From Podarcis pityusensis (taxonomy: Eukaryota), in the NCBI GenBank assembly GCA_964106645.2, contig OZ067053.1: a stretch of 64,000 bases of DNA, one strand, 5' to 3'. Position numbers and translations under genes: made by a program. The notes below the pieces were generated by a model, which did no database searches, was not told where the DNA came from, and saw only the letters and a program-made list of their open reading frames with translations. Below are positions 27,601 through 40,900 of this stretch, piece by piece. Each line of letters opens with the position of its first letter. Position 1 is the stretch's first letter.

Positions 27601-28225
27601 CTCATCCTTTACCCTTAAAAGGAGAGAAGGTGCAAAAAATATTTGGTGGAAGTTTCCCTCTTGATTATTCCTCGTGTGATGTTTTGTGATGTTTAAAAGG
27701 AAGGAAGGAGAATTATGAAAGCAAACTGCCCCCCCAGACATGCTTCGGAGAGAAAGGCAACGAAGGTATCTAAGAACAAATGTGTTTCCTCCCCTTCCTT
27801 CCCCACAAGGTTACATATCATCAGAATCTGTGGGTTTTTTAAAGGACCAAATCAGGTGTGACGTGGGAGATCTGTGAGTGAGATCCCCCAGGTTGTTTTT
27901 ATATAATATCCTCTGCATCCTTCCCCATTGGTTTGGGTTTGGGAACACAGTTCTGTTAAGTTTCCCTTACAGGGCAAATTGCAGTGAAGGTGGGTGGGGA
28001 AATTTTCACTTGGAAAATAGTGTGCAGGGCTTAACTGTCACTGGGCAGAAGCGTGACACATGCTGTGATACTTCGAGACACAAAGAGAGGTGCAGTGCTG
28101 TGAAGTAAAGGTCTTTGAACACTTCAGACATTTCTTCCTTTGCCGTTAAACGGAGTGCGTAGATCCACATTGCTTTATGGGCCTTTTGAAACATACTTGG
28201 GGGATGCAGGTGCTTATGAAATTTA

Positions 28226-28228
28226 TTT

Positions 28229-28292
<64 letters not shown>
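28226..28292. repeat. (TTTC)n microsatellite
   Basis: Read directly; accounts for the FFLS/KERK low-complexity ORFs. Confidence 0.9.
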
Positions 28293-28692
28293 TTTAAAAT
28301 TATTATTTCATTTTGAATTTGACTCTTTCTGTACCTGCCACACACTGAGAAGCAAAGTATCTGAGCCTCCTTATTTGGAAGGGGGGAATGCCAGCAGTTC
28401 AGAGACTGCCCATGAATTGCATACAGTTGCACTTCCCAGACATAAACGCACTGCTTCATTTCAAGTGTTGGTTCCTCAGGAGACACACACTCTACTCGAG
28501 ACAAAAGGAGTCTTTGCTTTGTTCTTGCGTACCATAAATGCCACTGTAACTTAAACATTTGACTTTTTAATGTCAAGTTGAACATAAGACACTCTTTCTC
28601 CCCCCTCCCTTTTGAATATAGAACTGCTGTGATTGTTGCACTCTTCATTTTCAGCCAGCAATTATTCATAGTGTGACATTGAGACATTAGCT

Positions 28693-28706
28693 GTTGCCAT
28701 GGTAAC
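28693..28706. promoter_or_regulatory. Near-perfect RFX X-box palindrome
   Basis: GTTGCCATGGTAAC matches the RFX consensus GTTGCCATGGYAAC. Function is not shown by sequence alone. Confidence 0.5.
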
Positions 28707-30499
28707 TGGCTCTAAGTAGCAAAGATACAGGCATGATGTCAGTAGAAGAGTATTGCCTCAAACCAACTATGTGTTCAGGTGTCCCCTCCTCCTTTTCTTA
28801 AAAAAATAAATTATTTTAAAGCATTATAAGACGGAACTACTTGCTTCCCTCTCCACTCCCCCCCACCCCCCGCCTGGGCTGCAGAGAGTCTGTGTAATTC
28901 CTGAGGGCTTTCCATTGTGTTTGCTTTTTTTAAAAAAAATGCTAATAAAATTAGGATTTCCATTATTTCGGCACCTTCTGTTATAAATGGTTGTGAGCTA
29001 GTGTGATTTCAGGGGGAGAGTGGGGACTTGGACAGCTTGGGTTCAAGTCTTATCTCTGAGGGACTCGTGGGTTCCTCGCTCTCTCTGTGTGCCGCTGCTG
29101 TGAACAGAGAGATCCCACATTAATTAGTGCTGCATTGTCATTCACTTCAAGGACACTGGCCTGTTTCATGCAATGGAATGTGTGTGTGGATTGCCCCAAT
29201 ACCGCTAGGGTGAATCAGGGTGTTCTTGGTCATGTGAGAACTCCTTTGTGAGCAGTGGAACTCTCGTGAATCTGTTAACGCCTCTCATTCAGAAAATTGC
29301 AGTGTAGAGTGACCAAACACAGTAAAAAAACCGATAAAGCAGCCTGTAAATTAGCAACTGCTGTATACAATGCAAATTTTCAGAAATGGTGAACGAGAAC
29401 AGAGAGTTAAGCAGTTGATGGTTTAGTTCGGGTTCAGCTGTTCATATTTATTGCATTAATACAATAACAGTTTATTAAACAGTTTTGTCACACCTGAATC
29501 AGCTACTTCAGTTCCAGTTCACATAGTAAAATGTAAATATTTATACCACGGTGCTGATTTGGCTCAGCTACACAGAAAAAGCCTGCAACAGTTTAGCAAG
29601 TTGGAACACGAGGGAAAGAGAGCTAGGGTGACAACAAAAGGAAATGATATGTTGACTATAATGTAATGTTGAAAGATGATGAGAAAATATCTAGGTAAAA
29701 CTGGGGTGGGAGGTACCTAAGCTTTTCTTACCCAGAGATGCTGTTTGGTAAACCCTCCTGAGGACCACATGGCAACAGTGTATGTGCGGGACTGATGTGG
29801 ATGTCACACACTTTTTTACATGCACTGCGCACATGCAACCCCCCCCCCCCGCCAGATATGCAGACCACACAAACATCTACACATAAGTGTACACATAGCT
29901 GCGTTACTGTGGAGGATTTGTTAGGTGGTGGGCTCTGAAGTGGGCCATCTTACCTACAAAAGGACCAGAAATATCATGTGATGGCTTCAGACTCTCCCTC
30001 CCATGGGTTCGTTTGCTGTGTGGTGCATTGCCCAGTATCCCTGGCAGTCTTGGCTCTGGAGAAAGGGAGCCTCAAGCCCAGCCAGCTGCTGCTCCTGGGT
30101 GCCAATTCTGCCCAGTTCTGGCAAAGGGAGAACTGTGAGAATAGGTCCTCCCTATGCAGTCTCACTTCCTCCTTCTGTTGCAATGTTCCAGAGCACTTGG
30201 AAATTTCCATCTGTGGACTGGGTGATGATGCCGCCATTTGTATTATCCAAGTGCTAGCTGCAGAGATAGCGGAGGGAAGAAGGGAAACAGAGTCTGTCCA
30301 TCCCAAGCACTATTGGTGATCTCCTCTCCGCTTGCTGACAACTCTTTCTACTGCCAGTTCTTAAAGGAAACTGACTGTGTATTACCCAAGCCCTGACAAA
30401 CCTCTTGAGTGATCTGGAGGGTGCACATTTTAGAGGGAGGAGGAAAGTGAAAGCAGTGCAGATTACCTGCTGAGACCCCCTGAACACATTGGACCCTTT

Positions 30500-30945
30500 C
30501 TAGGGTTAGATATATGTATGTGGTTTGCTGTGGCAGATGACATGATAGTCTTTATGGCAGATATGACTAACTCTGCTGAAGAACTTAAGAGCCTTGCAAG
30601 ATTATGGAAGGGTGATGGGGCTTAAAATGAATGTGACAAAGAGGGAACTACTAATGAACACATATAATGAGGAAATAGATAAAGAAAAGTTGGATACACA
30701 TTTTTAAATGATGCCCCCAAATACTTAGGGTTTAAAAATCAATGGGAATTTACAGAGTTGATGCAAAGATAATGATGTAAATCTGAAGAAACAAATCCAA
30801 GATCTGGAATCTTGAGGGGGAAAAGTAACCACGTGATTATTATAACTAATAAATAAAATTAAAACAGTCTGCCAAGAATTGCATGTATATTTCAAAACTT
30901 TTTGGCCCCATGCTGGAAGAATGACAAAAATTAACAAGATTCTAT
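30500..30945 (+). mobile_element. Highly decayed L1-like LINE reverse-transcriptase fragment
   Basis: gcagatgacatgatagtctttatg = ADDMIVFM (30533-30556), followed by aaatacttagggttt = KYLGF. A-rich sense strand with many stops. Confidence 0.45.
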
Positions 30946-31048
30946 TTGTCGAAGGGAAAAAGCAAGCGTGACAGAGGACTTTGTTCCCACTGTACTTATG
31001 AGATGGTCTAAGTGATGTCTTTTTCTTTCTTTAACATTTTCAGCCTCT

Positions 31049-31322
31049 TAAGGTAAAGGTAAAGGGACCCCTGACCATTAGGTCCAGTCATGACCGACTC
31101 TGGGGTTGCACGCTCATCTTGCTCTATAGGCTGAGGGAGCCGGCGTTTGTCAGCAGACAGCTTCCGGGTCATGTGGCCAGCATGACTAAGCCGCTTCTGG
31201 TGAACCAGAGCAGCACACGGAAACGCCGTTTACCTTCCTGCCGGAGCGGTACCTATTTATCTGCTTGCACTTTGACGTGCTTTCGAACTGCTAGGTTGGC
31301 AGGAGCAGGGACTGAGCAACGG
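31049..31322 (-). mobile_element. Sauria SINE, 5'-truncated
   Basis: Starts with the (aaggta)n tail and gggacccctg, then cttccgggtcatgtggccagcatgac and ggtacctatttatct..gcac. Clear reverse-complement homologue of 50125-50507, lacking the tRNA head. Confidence 0.9.
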
Positions 31323-31973
31323 TTAAAGCCACTTAAATACCACCTCTGTGACTGCGGTAGAAAAATTGTTTTAAAATGCACACTGGAACCAAACTGAATG
31401 TCATAACATGCATGCTGTTCCTAGGGTAAGGAGAGAAATATGGTTACTCCCATGTAACTTTGACCTAGGTGGGTGATTTAAAAAGAAAAGTTTTCAGAGT
31501 GTGAATAATACTTCATACAAATCATTTTATAATATCAGTTCTTCAATGTAGTACAGGGTGCGAATGAGGGCAAAGACCTGCCCCCAAATCCTCAGCCAGC
31601 TGCTCTCATTATTCGTATGATCCAACTTTCCCATTCTTTGTGCTATGTGTGGGCCTTCCTGAAATTTTATGGTCAGTAGAACCCTATGAATTTTCATCCC
31701 AGTTTTCATATATACATATATACATAATGCCAACATGCTTATGCAGCTGTTTGAAGCTTTATTGACTGGTCAGTCATTTGAATGATAGTTTTATGCTTTG
31801 TTAAGCTGCCTGCATATTGCAATATATAAATGGTGGTATATAAATGCTTCTGTAAATAAACATTTTCTTATGGGGCTTAGTTTATAAATCAGTTAACCTG
31901 AACAATTCATTAATTTACATAAATATGCAGACAAGAAGAAAGTAGTTCCAAAGAAGAGAGCACACTTGGTGAC

Positions 31974-31974
<1 letters not shown>

Positions 31975-32011
<37 letters not shown>
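31975..32011. repeat. (TTA)n microsatellite
   Basis: Read directly; similar tracts near 22409-22434 and 53109-53150. Confidence 0.9.
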
Positions 32012-32012
<1 letters not shown>

Positions 32013-32607
32013 CTTCCTCAACATATGTAGTCCAGAGACCCGCAACATCAGTGGAAGTTGGTTTTGCTGACAGGCTGATGCTAGTGTTTCAGAAAGGCTC
32101 AGCATAGAAGAGTGGTGCTTGCCATTTTAATAAATAATGCTATTAAAAAATGTTTCTCAATTTTAAAAACCAGTGGCCCAATTTATTGGGGACACACTTG
32201 GAGTAGATCAAAATATCCTGTCCCCTTGCTTTTTAGGTTAAAGTTGGGTGAGGGGACGCTTTAATCATACAATGACAATGACTGTCTGAAACTACTCTGC
32301 AGTGTACAGAAGTCCAGTAGTTTTTTCCTTTCTTCCATTCACATGTTTATTTTCACAGTCCAAGGTTGTGGTTTTTTGTTTTTTGTTTTAACTTTCTGCA
32401 GCCCTAAACCAGCAGTTGACCTCTAGCCTGCCTGCTGCTTCCAGCTCTTAAAGAGAGGCTATAGGATCCTAGATAAAAACCTCACAATTATTAGGTGGAG
32501 CAGAAAGAAGTCATAATTTTACTCCTTCTCACAGTAGACTAATTGAAATTAATGGATGTGACTAAACTAAGTATTAATTTGAGTGGGTCTACTCTAACCT
32601 TGTATCT

Positions 32608-32611
<4 letters not shown>

Positions 32612-32648
<37 letters not shown>
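32612..32648. repeat. (GT)n microsatellite
   Basis: Read directly; another at 43899-43930. Confidence 0.9.
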
Positions 32649-32649
<1 letters not shown>

Positions 32650-33736
32650 CTAATGGTGTGTGGTTAACAGAAACCTCCAAATAATTTAGTATGAAGATAA
32701 ATTGTCTAGCTTTTCCACAATAATAATGATAATTACTGTGAAGCTTATGTGGCTTTTAAAGCAACAAATTCAACATGTATTCATAATTTCTTAGTCATTA
32801 AGATGCAGTCTATTTTTATCTTGATTACCAGAGCAGATCACACCCGACTTCACTGTATCAAGAATAATTTCCGCAAGGATAATGCACAAAAAAATGAATT
32901 CAGTTATAAAGACCCTCACCTTCCCAAAAACAAAAACAACAAACAAATAAACCCCACCTTGCATTAATTGTTCAGAGCTTCAGAAAGTTGGTGGGTTGCA
33001 GAGGCTGTTTGACCTAGCAGTTCAGCCTACCAGACCTTCTCCCTTCAAAGAAAATATTCAAACAAAAGAATACACTCTGAGATTAATTTTTAAAAGCCCT
33101 GAACTGCTTTCTCCATTTCTTTCAGACCTTGAGAGCCTTTGATACTTTTGTGTACTATTTTATTTGTTAATAAGGCTGACTACCTTAGTTTGGTAGTTTT
33201 GGTAAGAGTTCTGGATGGTTCTAGGTTGGGATTTCCTCCCTCTCTGCCACCCCAGTATTTACATGGAAGAAAGCAATATGCTTCTGAATCTGAATGTACT
33301 GTCCTCCAAATATCACAAGTTTGCTCACTCCCCTTATTAAAATGTTGCAGCATTGTTGCCATTTGACAGACCTCTTGTGCAACGTGTGTGTACAAGCAAA
33401 ATTGTATTTGGTGGTTCTCTGGACAAGCTGAGCTTCTTTCATTCGTAGACAGAACCCAGTACATGGTTTGTGAGGGTACAGGAGGCAGCCAGTGCCTGGA
33501 TGGGAGACTGCCAGGAGACTTCCACATATGCCGCTGTGAGTTCTATAATGGAAAAGGGTGGGGTATAAAGGTATCAAAATAATAAAATAAACAAAATAAT
33601 GTAGGATTTCAAATTGGCAGTTGGGGGGGGGGAGGGGGAGGTGATGACTGTGAAGACTTATCACAGGAGCATATCAGTTTCTATAACTGTTTGTAAACAC
33701 CCCAAAGGTTTGTGTGAATTTTGCATTAGGATTAGT

Positions 33737-33840
33737 TACAGGTAGGTAGCCATGTTGGTCTGCCGTAGTTGAAACAAAAAAATAATAATAAAAAATCCTT
33801 CCAGTAGCACCTTACTGGAAGGAATTTATTTATTTATTTT
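33737..33840. mobile_element. Short Penelope-like terminal fragment with fold-back
   Basis: tacaggtaggtagccatgttggtctgccgtagttgaaacaaaa...tccttccagtagcacctta resembles a lacertid Penelope terminus as recalled, and is followed by an inverted copy of itself. Flanked by 14-bp direct repeats. Confidence 0.6.
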
Positions 33841-34559
33841 ATTTGCATTATTTTGTTTGCATTAGGATTGTAATTCTTTATATGTATTATAAAATTTGCA
33901 TATACATAGTCTGATCCAGGAGCTCCAACACATACCTAGGGATCCTGCAGGTGCAAGAACTCCTCTATTTCCTTTACGCATAGGGCATATTTGCAAAGGC
34001 TGTGCCATGATTAGGGCAGTATTTTGATTATGTTTATATTGCACTGTTTGGAGAAGTGTCTAAGTGATGCCATGAGACAGAGGTGGAATAACGTCCCTAG
34101 GGAAGTTGACATTCTTCCTCTGCTGGAGATGTTTCAGAAGGCTGTAAACTGTTACGCAAAGAGGTGACCACTGCAAAACCTCTTGATCTGTCCTGTAAGC
34201 CTGCATTTCCATGTCTTTGTGTGTTGCTTGGTATGGCTAGAAAACTGACCAGTGGTACATTTGCTAGCTAGTACTAGTAGTCTGAGGTCAGAGATCATGC
34301 AAATCTGTCAGTGTGGGAATTATGGCTACACTGCAGTAATTAATACACTGCCAGCTGTTGGGAGTTTAATCGCCAACTTTTATTTGGATGGCTGATGATT
34401 CCCACCAGCAAACAGGGGGACAGTCTGTAACAGCAGCTCATGGCATAGTGTTGACCTCAAAACTTCAACAATTTTGTTTCTGCCTATGGCTGAAATTTCG
34501 CTGCACTGCTAATATTCACGGTGTTTTCTTTCCAATAAAATTGTTTGAACTGGCAGTGC

Positions 34560-34572
34560 TCCTGAGTCAGCA
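34560..34572. promoter_or_regulatory. MARE/ARE-like AP-1-containing motif
   Basis: TCCTGAGTCAGCA is a 12/13 match to the T-MARE TGCTGAGTCAGCA. Confidence 0.3.
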
Positions 34573-35998
34573 GCGCACTCCATTCTGTGCCAAGACACTG
34601 AATGTTCTGTCAACCCCCCCTCTTTGGGATTTACTTGAGGATTTTAGGCACCTACAGAACGGCAGGGTTCAGTCGTTGTTGCCTTTGGCATGTCTGACCG
34701 TAGATGATGATAAATGAGCAAAGAATGCAAATCTGCTTTCATGAAAAATGGGGTTTTGCTTAAATGGCACACCCTAAATCAGTCCAAATTTGAGTGATTT
34801 GGTAACAGTGGACTACTTCTGGCTTGTGAATTCTTCACGAGTAAAATTTCCTTGTAATTTGTTTTTCCTGAAAATACTTCCTTTTGTGTTCGATGTTCAA
34901 TTTATGTAGGAGTGCTGTTTTTTTATTCTCCTTCTATTGTGAATGGGACATGATGTGTTTTCTAATAACAAATGAGAGAGTAAACCAGGCAGCGGGACTT
35001 CACCAAGAGAAGTTCCTGGGGATTGTTCTCACTGCTTCTATTATACATAATATTATCCTAGCACAATGAAGCTTTGAAACATTTTGGGTGTAGGCTTTAG
35101 CTTTTATGTCATTCTATTAATCAAGCTGTTTCCCCCTATCCTATGTCTCTGTGTGCATAAGTAATTGGATCTATTTTAGCTCAATTATCCTGAATCCTTA
35201 GGAGTGTTGATAGTTTTGTTTACTTGTTCTCAGGTGGTGGTGGGGAGGAATTAGAAGTTCTAGTTTTGAGGAATACACTTTATAATTCTTTCTGGTTCTT
35301 ATCTTTTGGAAGCCAGCTCTATAGAAATCACATCCCAGTTACACTGTAAACCTGGAGTGCCTGAACTGGCTAATTCTTGCCTTTCGTGTGCTTGTTGCAG
35401 CATGGTAGGCACTTCTGTGTGATGCGATGCTATTCTTCAGGGTCCTGTGTATGAGTAATGTGAGTACATGGATGGGACCAATTGCATGTGGCTCTCCCAT
35501 GGAATTAATTGGGGTTCCAGTTCCATGGGAAGGACCCAACAGGATCCTGTTCCCCCGCTCCCAAGTTGTGTTACTAACATGTGCAGTCCTACAGAGAGTG
35601 AAATTGCAGGAAATGAAAGTAGATCCTACTTGCTGGAGCATATTTAAATATCTTAATGGCAGCACCTCTCACTGCTGGAGACAAGAGTGTTGAATAGTAA
35701 ACTATTAACTATGATTGACCATGAATGTACCAACAAAACCTTTATAGGGAATTCTTAGGTTAATCGTACCCATTCCCCCACATATTTTTTAATTCCCTGC
35801 AAGGAGAAGATATGACCTCCCTTTCTTCCTTGTGAGGAAAAGGGGAGATGGACACAGTTGACATAATGGCATATCCTGGGAAATAGGGGAGGACTGGTTA
35901 GTGCGTAAGCAGGGCTGGATGAATTCCAGATTGTTGTGGCCTGGTCTCCTAAACATTTGTTGCCACCTAGACATTTAAATATTTTTCATGCCTGGGTA

Positions 35999-36046
<48 letters not shown>

Positions 36047-36055
36047 CAACAACAG
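35999..36055 (+). repeat. Intronic CAA(CAG)12(CAA)5CAG trinucleotide repeat
   Basis: Counted directly. Confidence 0.92.
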
Positions 36056-36705
36056 CTGGAATGTGCTTCATTTCAAAGCTGTAAAAAGAAATTAGGCTTT
36101 AAAAATGAATAAGGGGTGGAATAGCAAACTTGATGAATATTCTTAATGGGGGAAATTGGTGAGTTCAAGTCACTGACATACCTCAGTGAAAGCTAGGAAG
36201 AGGTAGGACTAACCTGGAGATGTGTGTCTAGAAGAAAGCCTACATATGGTTTAACTTTATGCTTTGTTTTTGATATATTGTATTGATTATATTTTAAATT
36301 GATGAATAACATTAATTGGCTATATAATTTTGGCTCTTCTTGCTTTGTCAGAGTAAACTTGAAGATCTGTTAATTCTGAAGAGGCCTCAGGGATAGAAAT
36401 CTAAGCAGTAAGGTTTGAATTGGTATGCTAAATGGTACTATCAGTGGAATATAATATGCCTGTCATTGAATAGGTTTTTATTCTTCTTATCAAAATGCTT
36501 TGTTTATTGCACCTTTTGTTTAAGTAAATGCATTGCATCTTAATTGACGAATAAAGCCAGTGCTCTGTAATTAAATTATCTTTACTTGTTTGTGTAACCT
36601 GGCAAGTGAATTGAAGTACTTGTTAGAAATAACTTCAAATTAAACAATAGATTGTCATAAACAAAGGAATTAGACGACTCCAAGAACAACGTCTTTAATT
36701 TTTTT

Positions 36706-36841
36706 TAGTGTTTCTCAATCTTGGGTCCCCAGACGTTTTTGGCCTACAACTCCCATGATCCCTAGCTCACAGGACCAGTGGTCAGAGATGATGGGAGCTG
36801 TAGGCCAAATACATCTGGGGACCCAAGGTTGAAAAAGGCTT
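36706..36841. mobile_element. Palindromic MITE (~135 bp, likely hAT-derived)
   Basis: tttctcaatcttgggtccccagacgtttttggcctacaactcccat and atgggagctgtaggccaaatacatctggggacccaaggttgaaaaa form a long near-perfect inverted repeat. Confidence 0.85.
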
Positions 36842-37689
36842 AGCTGGATGTTTCAGATATGATTGATAATCTTTTAAGACATAACTGCATGCCTCCATTT
36901 TAAGCACACCACCTGAAATTCAGTGCCTGTTTCCCAGTTAATGCTTCTAGTTAGTGACAAATTCTAGATGAGAATGTGTATTTCAGCAAAGAATTCTGAT
37001 AGCTTATTAAAGACCTGGTAGTTACAGCCATTGTACTAGCGTTGAAGGCTGTTGAACCTATAGAATGTGGTAATGAGCCAATGGAAAACTGAAGAGAATA
37101 TGCACTGTCTAATCTGTTAAGGATGTGGGATTCTTACAGTTACTGAGTCCAAGCTTTTCTCTCTTGGAACTCAGTACTTACCGGTAATAGCGTAATGGTG
37201 GAGTCGAGTTCAACATAGTGTTAAGGTGGATGTTCCACCAGCGCAAGGCTTTCTTCTTGTGCAAGCCCCCTGAATCTGTTCTGGGGTTCCCCCAACCCCC
37301 TGGGGAGGACATGGGCAGAGGAGTAGAGGAGAAAAGGCCCCTTGTGCAAGAGGAAAAGCTGATAGGACTGTGAATATGAATAAAGCTTTGAAATTTGGGG
37401 GGAGAAAGGTTGTATTTTTAGGTTTGGTAACTTGGGATATCACACAGCATATTCAAAGCTTAAAAGATTTCCTTTAAAAGAGGAAATCCCCTCCTGCTCC
37501 AGTTCCAGGTTCAGTCCTGTGCAAAGGAACAGAGTGCATGAGCAACGAAGAGAGGCAATGGAATTTGAGAAGTTAATAATAAAAAATAGCAGACACATAT
37601 TTGCAAAGAAAGTATCAGCTGCTTTCCAAATCGGATACAGAGCCTGGACAAGTTAAATATTATTTAAAGAAACACATTCAAAACATAAA

Positions 37690-37900
37690 AGATAATATTC
37701 CAGTGGATGTCTGAGAAAGCGTATGGAGGAGTACACATAGTTTTTCCTTTGAATATGGCAATAAGAGGAACTGCTATAAGAGAGATGGCACGTCGCCTCT
37801 GCAGTAATGCATGAAATCAATATAAAAAACTACCTACCCCTAATGTGGAGATGCCAGAAGAAGAAAGCACACATTTTCCACAGGTAGGAGTGTGAGGTAT
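37690..37900 (+). mobile_element. Decayed L1-like ORF2 C-terminal (zinc-knuckle) fragment
   Basis: tggagatgccagaagaagaaagcacacattttccac = WRCQKKKAHIFH, followed by gagtgt (EC). Resembles the CWRC..H..W.C motif. Confidence 0.35.
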
Positions 37901-40900
37901 CTCCCTCTACCAGAGAGGGAGAGAGAACTATTAATTAAGAAGGATTTTAGGCTATGAGATTCCTCTGCATCTGATGTTGTTCTTACTGAATTCTGTGAAA
38001 CACTTGGTGAGGCAGAAGCATAAAGAGCTGACTTCTTAGAAGCTGACAGCAGCTGGGATTTTTAAAGTGATGTACCTTTATTTTTGTTTATGCAAAGCCA
38101 TTTTAAGACAGGGTTTTGGATTCTGATCTGCTGGTCAAGCGCAAGCCACAGTTTATCATCTCAGTGCAGAACTTACACCTAACCATAGTTAAGTAAGTTT
38201 ATCTAAGATTTGGTATGTGTGAAATGCTTTGAAAGTTTATGTAGCTGGTTTGTTATAACTGTAGATAGTCAAAACTAACCACAGTTCAGGTCTGGACAAA
38301 ATGGCAAACTGAGATTAATTAAAGCTGAGATTAATGTGTCTGTTCTCCTTGCATCCACACTGAAGGAGAAGAGGAGAAGCAGGGAGCATCTGAGCCCAAG
38401 GTTCAGGCATGTAATAATAAAATATTGCTCATTTTTACATCCAGAATAGGAACTATGGCATGAGCTTATAGGCAAAAATCTAAACTGGACAGAGATGGAT
38501 TGTCACTGTATTTCAGCTGCTTATATTTATTATTCCGATGAATTAATTGCTACTGTTCAGTTTTAGGATGGTGTAATGTGGTTTTAATTGAATGCTTTAT
38601 GAGCATGGTGATTATTATGTTAAGAATTTATTTTCTAAAAAAACTTTACATAGGAGGTGAGGGCACAGGGAGTGGGGCACGTGTGCCTTGAAAGGCAGCT
38701 TACAAATTAATTAAATAAAATATGGTGAGGTTTGTCATGTTTCTATAGAACAAAATCCAACATAGGATATTTCTGCCAGTTATTTCTACTGGAATGGTTG
38801 GCAGACTTGTGATTCAATCTGTTGCATTGAGGTTGCACATACTGCTATTCCTTGCTCTGGCCTAGCTCTGGATATGTGACATTCATAGTACATATTTACA
38901 GGTGTGAGAAGGCTGGGAGTATTGCTTTGCAAGAGCTTCAACTGGATAAAAAGATAAACACAGTCTAAAGCACAGTTGTTAGGTTGTAAAGCTGTGGTCA
39001 GGGTGTGTCCTTTTAAAACAATGTGCAGTGCTTAGCATCGCTGGCTTCCTTAAAAGAAGCAACTATAAAAATAAAAACGGCTTCCAGCATGAGGAGTACT
39101 GAGAAACTTTCTGTGATGAATGCTGAGCGACGTCTTGCTAAGGAGCCTGTAATGGAGATCTCCCTCATTAGAAGTGAAGCATTAGTAGCCACAGTTAAGA
39201 CAAAATTACGTTTAATGTTTCCATTGAAAGTATGGGACTAACATGTATGGAACTTTGATTGTGTCACGTGTTTCTTACCACATTTACTATTGGTTGCTTC
39301 TGATCATTTTAATATTGATTTGGTGTGTGTTTATACTCTGAACAATTGTGAGAGCTGGTTTGAGCCTTTGACTGAATTAAATCTAGTTTTTAATCATTTG
39401 AGTATTTTCTAGAGAATAAAATATATGGATGCCATTAACAGTATCCTATATGTTTGGAATGAGCTGCCCTAACACAAAGCTTCTGTAACTGTCACCATTA
39501 CACTGCGTAGAAAATGAGCTGTGGAAATAACTGCAAATTCCTAGAAGTCTGCATCATTTGAGATTTTTCTAGCCCTGTAAATAACCTTTACTGCCATTCT
39601 AAAGGGAAAGGCCTGCAGGGAATGCAGAAGTGATGCATTTTTACAAGTAATGTATTTGAATCCCATTCAACTGAATTGACAGTAGCGGCCTGTTACAGAA
39701 AAGAAATGTATCGCTACAATGCTAACCATTTTTCTGTCTGCTTCGGATGCTTTTTTAAAAAAAATAAAATAAAAAAGGCTCTATTAATATGGAGAAACTA
39801 TGGTTACCAGCTTCATATGGAGAGTGAAATCAAGCTACTCAAATATCACAGGGTGGAGAGAATAAAGAAGTAGGACATAAAGCTGAAACATGGGAGCAAT
39901 GAGGAGCAGGCAGCTCTGCCCTGAAGAAAACCACTACTGTTAACATAGAGGTGAAGCTTTCTTCTGTACTCAGATACTGAACAGAAACCTGTGAGTCCCT
40001 ATTGCGTGACCCTGCCAGATAGTTCCTTAATTCATTCTGTGTCAGAAACACAGTTTTTGCAGCTTACAGTAAAATAGATACTAGCATTCAGTTACAGTGA
40101 GGGTCTGTTTTCGGACTCCATGACAAACCATAGGTTGCCACGGTGCCTTTTCAGCTGTGGCTCTCTCCTTATGGAATGTTGTCCTCACATGCCTGCTACC
40201 ATCACTGGCTACTTTTAGGCACTGGATGAAAAATACTTCTTTTCAGCCATCCTTTTGGCCTTTAGCTTGGAGAGTTTTAGAAACTGTGGCCTCTGTTAGT
40301 GGGTGGGATTTGTTAGACTGCTTTTTATGTATATAGGTGTTTTCAGCTTTTTTTTGTTTTGTTGTAGCTTTTTGTTTTGTTTTGCTTTGGTTTGAATTTT
40401 TGTATTACATTATATTATAAGTCTCTTTGAGTTTACATTTAAAACAGTGTCTTAACAAGTCCAATAAATAATAATATAAATGCTAACTGTAGTGTAGAAC
40501 TTGGTTTTAACTGATGGAGTTAGTATCCAGGCACCATGGTTTAGAGCTCCCTGCCTGTTTTCATTTTCTGTCTTTGCAACACTTCTATATCTTTCTTTCC
40601 TGTTCCTATTTCGTAATAGTATTTGGATACCAGTGTTCAAGTCAGTTTCCATCAATATAAAGCAATCAAATCAGTAAAAGTACTGTAAGAAGCAGACTGA
40701 AGTATGTTACAGTGTTTAAGTGCCATTTGAAGGCCCATGTCTGGCACCAAGAATCTATTGGGCATGGGTACCAGGTGAGTTTTCCTGGCTGTGCCTCTGG
40801 CCAGCATGTGAGATTTCCACCCTGAGAAGCTACAGCGACTTGGTTTACCACGTAGGGCAGTGGTTAGTGCCTCACGACACCAAGTGAGGTTAAACAGCCC

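Noticed and set aside
29067-29118. Possible pre-miRNA hairpin (tctctctgt/acagagaga with gtggg/cccac)
   Set aside because: Only 9+5 bp of stem with a large asymmetric bulge, and partly simple CT/AG repeat. Too short for a Drosha substrate.
35999-36055. PolyQ-coding exon
   Set aside because: Exons 4 and 5 join directly with no missing protein sequence, and there are no convincing splice sites or ORF in the Gln frame.
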